Shown piece by piece: positions 54,439 to 63,560 of a stretch of 64,000 nt of DNA. Source of the stretch: Fidelibacterota bacterium. Lineage in GTDB: Bacteria > Fidelibacterota > UBA2242. The notes under the pieces were generated by a model. That model was not told where the DNA came from. It searched no databases and saw only the letters and a program-made list of their open reading frames with translations. The translations under genes and the position numbers were made by a program. The number at the start of each line of letters is the position of its first letter. Position 1 is the stretch's first letter. The stretch is from NCBI GenBank assembly GCA_049975265.1, contig JBNGDF010000011.1:12705-76704 (forward strand), given 5' to 3'.

Positions 54439-55395
54439 TTGGTCGGAGAGGAGAGGTCTGCAAACTGCTTTCCGGTAATCCCCTTTATCGTCGGTCCGAC
54501 GGCGGTCGGGAAAACAGCCACGGCGATTGAATTGGCGAAGCGGCTGGAGGGTGAAATTATCTCCATCGATTCCCGCCAGGTCTACCGGGGGTTGAGTGTC
54601 GGGACCGCCAAGCCGACTCTGCGCCAGCAGAGAGAAGTTCCCCATCATCTGATCAATATTCTTGAGCCCACCGAACAGATCAGCGCCGGCGCCTACCGGG
54701 AAATGGCATTAGAAAGAGTCGCGGAGATAAAGTCCCGGGGGAAATTGCCGATTTTTGTCGGCGGCAGCGGCATGTATATTAAAGCGGTGGTCCAGGGTAT
54801 CTTCGCAGAAAGCGTTACCGATAATCGTATTCGGAACAGATTAAAAAGAGAACTCAGGGAAAAGGGAGCTACGGCACTCTATAACCGCCTGCTGGATATC
54901 GATCCCGATCTGGCGATCAAAACCCATATCAACGATGTCAAACGCATTACCCGGGCGCTGGAAATCTATGAAATTACCGGTAAGGCTCCCAGTGCACACT
55001 ATACGGAGCAGACAACCGATCCGCCGTTTCCTTACCGGATATTTGTGCTGACCATGGAGCGTAAACTGCTTTATCGGCGGATTGATGAGCGGGTGGATCG
55101 GATGATTGCCGAGGGACTGGTTGAGGAGGTTGTCAGCCTGCTGGATGCCGGTTTTCGGAAAAATCTGGATGCACTGCTGACTCTGGGCTATCGCGAGGTG
55201 ATCAATTATCTGGATGGTGAGTGTATTTTTTGCGATATGGTGGAGAATATCAAGCGCAACACCCGCCGCTATGCCAAGCGCCAGCTGACCTGGTTTCGGA
55301 ACCAGCTGGAGGCGGAGTGGATCAAGGTGACGCCGGATCAGGAAATTACAGAGATTTCCCGACAGATTATCGAGATTCTAAACGGTGGTTGCTAA
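54439..55395 (+). CDS. miaA: tRNA dimethylallyltransferase
   Basis: P-loop GPTAVGKT, plus SIDSRQVYRGL and HHLI motifs. TTG start as in the ORF track. Confidence 0.9.
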   Translation: MVGEERSANCFPVIPFIVGPTAVGKTATAIELAKRLEGEIISIDSRQVYRGLSVGTAKPTLRQQREVPHHLINILEPTEQISAGAYREMALERVAEIKSRGKLPIFVGGSGMYIKAVVQGIFAESVTDNRIRNRLKRELREKGATALYNRLLDIDPDLAIKTHINDVKRITRALEIYEITGKAPSAHYTEQTTDPPFPYRIFVLTMERKLLYRRIDERVDRMIAEGLVEEVVSLLDAGFRKNLDALLTLGYREVINYLDGECIFCDMVENIKRNTRRYAKRQLTWFRNQLEAEWIKVTPDQEITEISRQIIEILNGGC

Positions 55396-55404
55396 GCGGG
55401 TATT

Positions 55405-56853
55405 ATGCTGTTTAATTCCTTCCAGTTTCTGATATTCTTTCCGCTTGTCGTCTGCTTTTACTTTGCCATTCCTCATAAATATCGCTGGATATTGCTGCTT
55501 GTTGCCAGTTACTATTTTTATATGTGCTGGAAGGCGGAATATCTGCTGCTGATCGTATGTTCGACGCTGATCGATTATTTTGCTGGTTTGCGGATGGGCA
55601 GAGTTGCCGAAAAGGAGAAACGGCGCATTTACCTGATCCTGAGTCTTGTTGTTAATCTGGGGCTGTTGTTTTCGTTTAAATATTTTAATTTTATCAACGA
55701 ATCGCTGCGCCAGGTATTTCAGCACTTCAACGTACTCTACAATGTTCCGTCGCTGAAAGTACTGCTCCCGGTGGGAATCAGCTTCTATACTTTTCAGACC
55801 CTGAGTTATACGATTGATGTGTATCGTGGTGAACGGGAACCGGAACGGCATCTCGGGATTTTTGCCCTGTATGTGTCCTTTTTCCCGCAGCTGGTCGCCG
55901 GACCGATTGAGCGTTCTACACGTTTGCTGCCCCAGTTTTTTGAGAAAGTAGCGTTTGATTACCGGCGCGTAAAAGACGGCTTGATCCTGATGGCATGGGG
56001 TTTTTTCAAGAAGGTTGTGATCGCCGACTGGGTGGCGATTTTTGTGAATCAGGTGTACAACCATCCGGAAATGTACCCCGGTCTGCCGGGCATTGTGGCG
56101 ACCTATTTTTTTGCCTTTCAGATCTACTGCGATTTTTCAGGGTACTCCGACATTGCTATAGGTGCCGCCCAGGTAATGGGGTATCGTCTGATGCTGAATT
56201 TCCGGCGCCCCTATTTTTCGAAATCCATCTCGGAATTCTGGAAGCGCTGGCATATCTCGCTGTCCAGCTGGTTTCGGGATTATCTCTACATTCCACTAGG
56301 CGGCAATCGCGTAAAAAGGGCACGAATGTATCTGAACATCTTCATCGTTTTCCTGGTCAGCGGCTTCTGGCACGGTGCCAACTGGACCTTCATTGTCTGG
56401 GGTGGTTTGCACGGTGTATTTTTACTGATCTCCCGCTGGACCACAGAATGGCGCCACCGGTTGCATCGCTTTGTCGGCTTGACAAAATACCCGGATCTGC
56501 ACCGTTTTCTTAAGGTGCTGGTTACCTTTCATCTGGTGTGGTTCTCGTGGATATTTTTCCGGGCGAACAGTATTTCGGATGCCTTTCTGATCATTCGGAA
56601 TCTGTTCACCGCCTTTGAGCCCGCGACCCTGTTGACCGTCAGTGGATTCACCTCTCAGCATTTTATTTTATCCGTTCTCTCGATTGTTATTTTGCTGGGA
56701 GTGGCGCTGTTCCAGCGCAATCACGATATTCGGGGATGGTTAAGTCAAAGACCGGTGGTGCTGCGCTGGGCGTTCTACTACGGCTTGATCATGTTCATTC
56801 TGTTGTTCGGTGCCTATGATAATGCCAATGAATTTATCTATTTTCAATTTTAA
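55405..56853 (+). CDS. MBOAT family membrane-bound O-acyltransferase (AlgI/DltB/PatA-like)
   Basis: 482 aa polytopic protein with the conserved [24 protein letters not shown] and [10 protein letters not shown] (catalytic His) blocks. Confidence 0.88.
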   Translation: [482 protein letters not shown]

Positions 56854-56857
56854 TGAA

Positions 56858-57775
56858 ATGAGACGACTCCTTACCAGAATATCCCTGCTGATTGTATTGG
56901 TATTTGCGACGTTGCTGGCGGTGGTCCTGATTCCCGTGGATGCATCAGACCATTTTCTCCTGGCTCTGATTGACAAAGAAAACCGCCTGCAGCAGCTTGA
57001 CTCACCGAAAATGATTGTAATAGGAGGGTCCAATACGGTATTCAATATCGACAGCCGCAGAATCGCCGACACCACGGGTTACTCTATCGTCAACATGGGT
57101 TCGCATGCGGGGCTAGGACTCATGCTGCATTTGAATCAGGTCAGATCTTATATCAGGGCGGGGGATATGGTAGTCATTATGCCGGAGTATGCCCAGTTTT
57201 ACCGGCAACTGTTTTTCGGTGGGCGCACCGTTACGCGGCTGGTAATGTTTTGCCCGCAATTTTTTCGGTATATTACCAATTGGCGGCAGTACCTGGAACT
57301 TTTGAAAGGGCTTGGACTCGAGACCCGCAGCAAACTGGTCTATCTGCTCGGACGCAGCGCTTATGAGGAAACCTATCGCCGGTCGGCTTTTAATGAATTC
57401 GGTGATTTGAATTCCGCTCTGATTGGCGATCGACCGATGGAAAAATTAAAATACGAGCACTATGAGATTCGCAATCTGACGGACATCAACCCTGCGGCTA
57501 TTTGGGAGTTGAATAAATTTTATGATTATGCCGGGAAAAGCGGTGTGCGGGTTTGCCTGGCGTTCCCGCCGGTTCCGCTTGAGAAATATGCCGCCAACCG
57601 GCAGGAAATTGAGGACATGGAAGTGTATTTAAATGATAACCTGGAGATTCCGGTTTTATACCGACCAGTAGAGGTATTGTTGCCGGCGAAGGAGTTTTAC
57701 GATACTTTTTATCATTTGAACACCGTTGGCAGAGGACATTACACTCACATTTTCCTGAACTATTTCAAGCGCTGA
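56858..57775 (+). CDS. Membrane-anchored hypothetical protein, probable extracytoplasmic partner of the MBOAT
   Basis: The ATG lies 4 nt after the MBOAT stop. N-terminal TM anchor. IVIGGSNTVF loosely resembles SGNH/DltD block I. The functional call rests on position only. Confidence 0.45.
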   Translation: MRRLLTRISLLIVLVFATLLAVVLIPVDASDHFLLALIDKENRLQQLDSPKMIVIGGSNTVFNIDSRRIADTTGYSIVNMGSHAGLGLMLHLNQVRSYIRAGDMVVIMPEYAQFYRQLFFGGRTVTRLVMFCPQFFRYITNWRQYLELLKGLGLETRSKLVYLLGRSAYEETYRRSAFNEFGDLNSALIGDRPMEKLKYEHYEIRNLTDINPAAIWELNKFYDYAGKSGVRVCLAFPPVPLEKYAANRQEIEDMEVYLNDNLEIPVLYRPVEVLLPAKEFYDTFYHLNTVGRGHYTHIFLNYFKR

Positions 57776-57873
57776 AATTGAACCGGGATATTCAGCGGCG
57801 ATCCGATACTATTAGCCATTATCAATTATTTTAAATATCTTTAACGACAAATTACAGCAACTCGGGAGAAAAA

Positions 57874-59274
57874 ATGGGACGTGTACATTATAGAAATGTG
57901 GTGATCATCGCGGTTTTACTGGGTGCGGGTCGCTTTTTTGCCTGTTCCGGTACGAGTGGACCGGAGGACCCCGGTGGATTGCGGAGGCGGATTGCCGAGT
58001 TGGAGGGTGTCAATGTCGTTGAACTGGTGCCCTATTACGATTTCAGCAGAGAATTTTTGCTGGAGATTGAGCAGCCGGTTGATCACGGCGACAGTGCCGG
58101 CGCGACCTTTATTCAGCGGGCGTATCTGCTGCACCGTGATGAAAACAGTCCGATGGTACTTGCCTGTGGCGGTTATGCTGCCTATTCCGATGATCTGCAC
58201 GAGATGTCGGTTGCACTGGACGCCAACCAGATCGCGGTTACTCACCGCTATTTTAGCGGAGCGGTTCCGGGTTCCCGGAATTATGACTATCTTACGACGG
58301 AGCAGGCGGCTGCCGATCTGCATCGGATTGTGGAGCTCTTTGCTGAAATTTACGATGCAAGCTGGCTCAGCAGCGGTTTTGGCAAAGGTGGTATCATGGC
58401 GCTGTCGCACCGCCGTTTTTATCCGGACGATGTGGCGGCGACAGTGGTGTACGCGACGCCCTTTCTCAAGAGTCAAACCGATGTGCGACCCCTGGATTAT
58501 ATCAGAGAATTGGGTTCTGACAATACTCACACAAGAATCCGGATGTTTCAAGAGGCGCTCTTGCGCCGCCGCTCGGAAATCATGCCGTATATCCTGAATT
58601 TCATTAATTATACGGCATATCATTACTATTACGGCTGGTCCCTGAATGCGGATGCGGTTCTGGAGCTGGCGGTGTTGGAATATCCCTTTAATTACTGGTC
58701 AAATTACAATCAGATCGACAGCGAGCTGCCCGATACGTCGGAATCGGCGGAAATGCTCTTCGGGCATCTTTACGACACCGTCTGGCTGGAGTATTTCAGC
58801 GATGACTATATCGCCTATCTGATGCCCTACTATTATCAGAGTCTGACGGAATTGGGTGCAGTCGCCCACGATTGTGAGCATCTGCGCGACCTCTTTGATA
58901 TAATTGAGCCGGACAGCTTTGTAAATGTCAGCTACGAATTATTTGCGCCCTCCGGTGTCGATATCAGCTACCGGGAGTCGGTCATGACGGACCTGTTGAA
59001 CTGGTTAAAACAGAGCGGCAGCAATATCATTTACCTGTACGGAGAGAACGACCCGATTACCCCCACCGCTACCGAATTGTTGGAGACCGCCACCAATGCC
59101 ATTATGCTGGTCCAGGCTGATCAGGATCATTACCTCAGCCTAGCGGAATTCAGCGAGGCGCAACAGGTCTACGATGCCCTTGAAGAGTGGCTGGCAACCG
59201 ATGTTGTGGAACCACTGTCAAAAACTGGTGTCACGGCTGAAACCGGGCGATTATTGAAAATTCCATTGAAGTAA
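57874..59274 (+). CDS. Lipoprotein of the S28/S37-like alpha/beta-hydrolase peptidase clan, nucleophile position not Ser
   Basis: Lipobox FFAC. THRYFSGAVP…LTTEQAAADLH…WLSSGFGKGGIMALSHRRFYPDDV parallels the S37 pattern …EHRFFG.S.P…QAA.D.H…W..G.SKGGM…HRRFYP.DV, recalled from memory. Confidence 0.55.
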   Translation: MGRVHYRNVVIIAVLLGAGRFFACSGTSGPEDPGGLRRRIAELEGVNVVELVPYYDFSREFLLEIEQPVDHGDSAGATFIQRAYLLHRDENSPMVLACGGYAAYSDDLHEMSVALDANQIAVTHRYFSGAVPGSRNYDYLTTEQAAADLHRIVELFAEIYDASWLSSGFGKGGIMALSHRRFYPDDVAATVVYATPFLKSQTDVRPLDYIRELGSDNTHTRIRMFQEALLRRRSEIMPYILNFINYTAYHYYYGWSLNADAVLELAVLEYPFNYWSNYNQIDSELPDTSESAEMLFGHLYDTVWLEYFSDDYIAYLMPYYYQSLTELGAVAHDCEHLRDLFDIIEPDSFVNVSYELFAPSGVDISYRESVMTDLLNWLKQSGSNIIYLYGENDPITPTATELLETATNAIMLVQADQDHYLSLAEFSEAQQVYDALEEWLATDVVEPLSKTGVTAETGRLLKIPLK

Positions 59275-59302
59275 TCGGTTCCACGGATTCTATCACCGAA
59301 GT

Positions 59303-60388
59303 ATGATATCTTCATCCACCAGAGCGTTTACGATGCGGCGGTTCGTAATCCGAAGGCAACCGCTGATCTGTCTGGTGATTGTGCTGTTTGGAGTTGTAAA
59401 TTTCCGGTTGACGGCAGCAATGAAATTTGATATCCACGAATTCATCGCCGATTCACTCATCGTACCGCTGCCGGTGGACTCGTTGCATTGTGATCAAAAA
59501 CTGCATATAAAAATATCTGATGACCGGGACATAGCGGGGCGGATAATCGGCATCCAGACCAGTAAAAAATGGAAATACATCCCCGTGGATCAATATATTC
59601 TCCTGCAGAGTGATCTGGCGGCGGTAATGCGGACCTATTTTCGGCGGGATTCAGTGGATTTTCCAGGGACATTGTATATTAAAAATTTGCATCACTGGTA
59701 TGACGACAAACCCCTTTTCGGTAAAGGGCGCAAACTGAACGCTTATACCGTTTTGGGAGACAGCGCCGGAAAAGTGTTGGGCGACTGGATTTGGGAATAT
59801 ACCCTGAAGCCGGAGAAGAAACAAAAAGCGGAAAATGTCATCGGCGCGCTGATGGATCGTTGGTTGACGGAGCAGGTCACGGCGGTTCAAAACCGGAATT
59901 ATCATCGCAGCCTCTATCCCTATCTGTTTCGGCGCCAGTTAATGAGCTGGTGGGATTTTGTCATTTTGAAAGACGGCTTTATTGTGAATGCTCACCTGAC
60001 GCTGGATTTTCCGGCGGATCAGCAGGCGAGCTGGGTGCGTGGCTCGCCGGGCATTTTTTACCGCAAAGCCCGCTATCATCAGTCCATCGCCATCGGCGGC
60101 AAGGATCAGCAGTGGTATGCCCGTTTGAATAAGCATTTTGTTCGCCGCCTGAATATCAGCGGGCGCTTCGGATTCAATAATTTTGACACTGAAAAGTACG
60201 ATCATCTGGATTTCTGGAATATTTTTCTGGTCAATTTCAGTGTCAATGCCGCCATCGAATATCGTCCGGTTTATCTAAAAGGACTGTTTTTCGGGGTCGG
60301 CTTACACGGCTCGGTCAATCTCCTGCCGGAGGTGATCGACCGGGTAGAGCCGGGTTTGTTGTTAACCGCGGGGATTATTATTCCATGA
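59303..60388 (+). CDS. Hypothetical protein (N-terminal hydrophobic segment), first gene of a 3-gene outer-membrane cluster
   Basis: 361 aa ORF with no recognised motif. Overlaps the downstream barrel gene by 4 nt. The start could be the internal ATG at 59333. Confidence 0.5.
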   Translation: MISSSTRAFTMRRFVIRRQPLICLVIVLFGVVNFRLTAAMKFDIHEFIADSLIVPLPVDSLHCDQKLHIKISDDRDIAGRIIGIQTSKKWKYIPVDQYILLQSDLAAVMRTYFRRDSVDFPGTLYIKNLHHWYDDKPLFGKGRKLNAYTVLGDSAGKVLGDWIWEYTLKPEKKQKAENVIGALMDRWLTEQVTAVQNRNYHRSLYPYLFRRQLMSWWDFVILKDGFIVNAHLTLDFPADQQASWVRGSPGIFYRKARYHQSIAIGGKDQQWYARLNKHFVRRLNISGRFGFNNFDTEKYDHLDFWNIFLVNFSVNAAIEYRPVYLKGLFFGVGLHGSVNLLPEVIDRVEPGLLLTAGIIIP

Positions 60389-62706
60389 ACGGTTTTCGCC
60401 TGGTGATGATTGCCTCATTGTTGATTATCCCCCTTGCGGCGGGAAATATTTCCGGTTTTGTGACGGATGCCGAGACCGGCGAGACCATCATCGGTGTGAA
60501 TGTCATCGTCGTCGGGACCGGGCAGGGCGCCGCCACGGATGTAAAAGGGTTTTTCATCATCCGTAATCTCGACGATGGTCTGCATCGATTGCGCTTTTCC
60601 CATATTGCTTATGAAGAATTAACCAAAGAGACTGTTCTCAAAGGTAAGGACCTCTATTTGCCGCAGGTATCACTAAAGCCGCGGATGATCCGGGGTGAAG
60701 CGGTGGAGGTTCTCGGACGGCGGGGTACGATTATTCAGAAGGATATGGATATTTCCAGCTTCAGTGTGGATCCGATTGTGCTGACCGAAATTCCCCAGAT
60801 GAGCAAGGATGTCTTCAAATTGGTAAAGCTGTCACCCAGTGTGACCATTTCCGATCCCTATTCGCCGCAATATTATGTGCGCGGCAGCGATCCCGGTGAG
60901 AACCTGGTGCAACTGGATGGCATGACGATTTACAATCCCCAGCATTTTATGGGCTCCAACGCCATTTTCAATCCCTATGCGATTAAAAACATCGAGATGC
61001 TGGTAGGTGGCTTCGATGCCGAATATGGCGGACGTAATTCATCGATCCTGAATATCAGTTCCCGGGAAGGGCATCAGAGTGAAGTCCACGGTGAATTCAA
61101 ACCGTCCATATCGGGCGTCACCGGTGCGATAGAATTTCCGGCGGGAGAAAATGCCTCCGCCATGGTATCCGGTCGTTTGCTGACCGATTTCACCCTGCGG
61201 GTGTTGATGGGCTCACCCAATATCATGATGGATTTCAATGGTGCCTATCAGCGCTCATTCAGAAAGACGAAGCTGCGCTTGTCGGCATTTTATGCCCGGG
61301 ACTATATGGATTATACGGTTGACGACCTCTTTATCTATTTTCCGCAGGATATATTTAATGATTTTAGTGAAGGCTATACCACCAACACCGACAATCGGGC
61401 GCTGGGTATTCAGACCAGTACGGTCCTGGCGCCGAACCTGCTGCTGGAATCCCATCTTTACTATTCCGGTTCCGAGGTGGACAACATCACCTATCTGAGC
61501 TATTCTTTTGAGGATACCACTTATGAAATGGACGCCGCCCTGGATTACCGCACCCGAATCGAAAATTCCATCGATGATCTGACACTGAAATCCCATCTCT
61601 CCTGGTTTCTTTTACGCCATCAGAATCTTAAACTGGGGTTTGAAATCAACCGGTTGCGCTTCATGAACCGATTGGGCAGTTTTGATGCGAAATTAAGCCG
61701 CCGGCTCGATTCCTCCACCTTTCAGGCATTTTACCTGCAGGATAAAATCGAACTCGGTCGGCTGCGGTTTAAAATCGGGCTGCGTAATTCGCGGGATGTT
61801 GCCAGCGGCGGTTGGCGCAATGAACCCCGGATTTCAGCAACCCTGACATTGTCCTCTCTGACCTTCAAGTTGGCTTACGGGCACTATTTCCAGTATCTGA
61901 CGACCATGGATTCCAGGAATAACGAATTCGTCCAGTTTCTGGAATATTACAATACCCTCGAAAATTATAAACCCTTGCATTCGGTGCATTATATTTTCGG
62001 AATTGAAGGGAAAATCAATGAACGTCTGGATTATTCCCTGACCGCCTACTATAAAGATTTGCGCCGCCTCTATCGCTATTCCTATGAATCCCAGTCGCTC
62101 TCCGGCTACCGGACGAGCAGTGTGGAAGCGGGCAGCGGTGAATCCTGCGGATTCGAAATTCTCTTGCGCGGTGAAATCGGCAAACTGTCCGGCTGGATCG
62201 GCTATACCTACAGCCGCGGAACCCGTAATTATCCATCGATCCTGAACGGAAAAACGGTTCTGTTTGACGGCGATCAGCCGCACAATTTCAAGTCGGTTCT
62301 GCTTTATAAATTAACCGAAGACATTACCGCCAGCTCCACCTTCCAGATCGCCTCGGGGTTTCCGCGCACCTGGGAAACCGGCATGCTGATGCACTATTAC
62401 TACGATCCGTTGTGGAACAGTTTGGGTGCGTCACCTTCCAATATAACCCCGGTTAAAAATAATGTCCGTTACCCGCCGCGCCTGACCTGGGATATCGGCT
62501 GGAAGAAAAAACTGCGCGAGGGATTCGGCTATCACCTGGCGGAATATCTGCAGGCTGAAGACGCCGTATTTACCATGACGATTCGCAATGTCCTGTTTTT
62601 GCACCGAAATCCGCAATACTATTTCTATCTGCCCGGTTATGGCTATTACGCTCTGGATTTACAATTTTTGCCCAGCATTTCGGCGGGCTACAGCATCAGG
62701 TTTTAA
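60385..62706 (+). CDS. TonB-dependent receptor-like outer-membrane protein with N-terminal CarboxypepD_reg domain
   Basis: ISGFVTDAETGETIIGVNVIVVGTGQGAATDVKGFFIIRNL is a carboxypeptidase-regulatory-like fold. A plug-like region follows (VRGS…ENLVQLDGMTIYNP), then long beta-rich sequence ending in an aromatic residue (…SIRF). Confidence 0.8.
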   Translation: MNGFRLVMIASLLIIPLAAGNISGFVTDAETGETIIGVNVIVVGTGQGAATDVKGFFIIRNLDDGLHRLRFSHIAYEELTKETVLKGKDLYLPQVSLKPRMIRGEAVEVLGRRGTIIQKDMDISSFSVDPIVLTEIPQMSKDVFKLVKLSPSVTISDPYSPQYYVRGSDPGENLVQLDGMTIYNPQHFMGSNAIFNPYAIKNIEMLVGGFDAEYGGRNSSILNISSREGHQSEVHGEFKPSISGVTGAIEFPAGENASAMVSGRLLTDFTLRVLMGSPNIMMDFNGAYQRSFRKTKLRLSAFYARDYMDYTVDDLFIYFPQDIFNDFSEGYTTNTDNRALGIQTSTVLAPNLLLESHLYYSGSEVDNITYLSYSFEDTTYEMDAALDYRTRIENSIDDLTLKSHLSWFLLRHQNLKLGFEINRLRFMNRLGSFDAKLSRRLDSSTFQAFYLQDKIELGRLRFKIGLRNSRDVASGGWRNEPRISATLTLSSLTFKLAYGHYFQYLTTMDSRNNEFVQFLEYYNTLENYKPLHSVHYIFGIEGKINERLDYSLTAYYKDLRRLYRYSYESQSLSGYRTSSVEAGSGESCGFEILLRGEIGKLSGWIGYTYSRGTRNYPSILNGKTVLFDGDQPHNFKSVLLYKLTEDITASSTFQIASGFPRTWETGMLMHYYYDPLWNSLGASPSNITPVKNNVRYPPRLTWDIGWKKKLREGFGYHLAEYLQAEDAVFTMTIRNVLFLHRNPQYYFYLPGYGYYALDLQFLPSISAGYSIRF

Positions 62707-62708
62707 AT

Positions 62709-63512
62709 ATGATCTGCAATAAAATGAACTATCGGTCAGTTTTAATTTTTTTGTTTCTTATCAGTGTTTACGGGTGTTTGTCGGTCCTGAACTCCTGCGA
62801 CCTGCCCACCGATCCGGGTCCCCTGCCCAGGACATTAATCGAAACGGAATATCAGCCGAGGTTGAATGTGTTCGGCGTATTGCGGGCAGACGGTGTCAAA
62901 GGCAGCTCCTTTATTCATGTACAAAAGACCTTAGCGACGGAGGAGATGTATGAAGGCGGGGAGATTTTCGATACCACTGCCGTCGTGCGGGTAACCGATA
63001 CTCAGACGGGTAATGTCTTTCAATTTGAAATGATCGCAGACACGACCCATCGAGGGTATTATTACAATTTCGAATTTATACCGGAGTGCGGACACCGCTA
63101 TCACCTTGAAGTCTGTTCGGACATTTTGCCAACGCTGACCGCTGAGACGGTTGTGCCGGTCCAGCCGGAAATCGTTCCGCAATCCCTGACGGTAACCACT
63201 GCGGAGCTGCGGTTTCGCCTGCGGACGACAATGGATACTGATCAGTACTGTTGTGTACTTTTTTCCGGTGAGGCGTATGCCGAAAAAGAGATTGTCAATG
63301 AGAACGGTGGGGAAATACCGGTCGCTTTTGATCTGTCGGGCATGGGCGCCGCGCCGACCCGTCTGATCATTTTTGGCTTTGACCACAATCTGACGGCGTA
63401 TCGCAATTCCACCCCGCTGTTTATTCCCCAAACCTATCACGAAATGGTTCTCAGCGTGGAAAACGGTTTCGGCTGCTTCGGGTCGCTGGCGGTCACGGAA
63501 ATAGGGTTATAG
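62709..63512 (+). CDS. DUF4249-like lipoprotein
   Basis: N-terminal signal with Cys (VYGC / NSC). The size and the position directly after a CarboxypepD_reg-TonB barrel match the common FCB-group gene pair. Family call is from context and memory. Confidence 0.5.
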   Translation: MICNKMNYRSVLIFLFLISVYGCLSVLNSCDLPTDPGPLPRTLIETEYQPRLNVFGVLRADGVKGSSFIHVQKTLATEEMYEGGEIFDTTAVVRVTDTQTGNVFQFEMIADTTHRGYYYNFEFIPECGHRYHLEVCSDILPTLTAETVVPVQPEIVPQSLTVTTAELRFRLRTTMDTDQYCCVLFSGEAYAEKEIVNENGGEIPVAFDLSGMGAAPTRLIIFGFDHNLTAYRNSTPLFIPQTYHEMVLSVENGFGCFGSLAVTEIGL

Positions 63513-63560
63513 ATACTGTTTTATCTTCTCTGCAATTTCAACCAGCCGGGCGGTCAAATA

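Noticed and set aside
57916-58623. 235-aa minus-strand ORF and 224-aa alternative plus-frame ORF overlapping the S37-like lipoprotein gene.
   Set aside because: The translations are Arg-rich and low in information. The annotated frame has a lipobox and family-like motifs.
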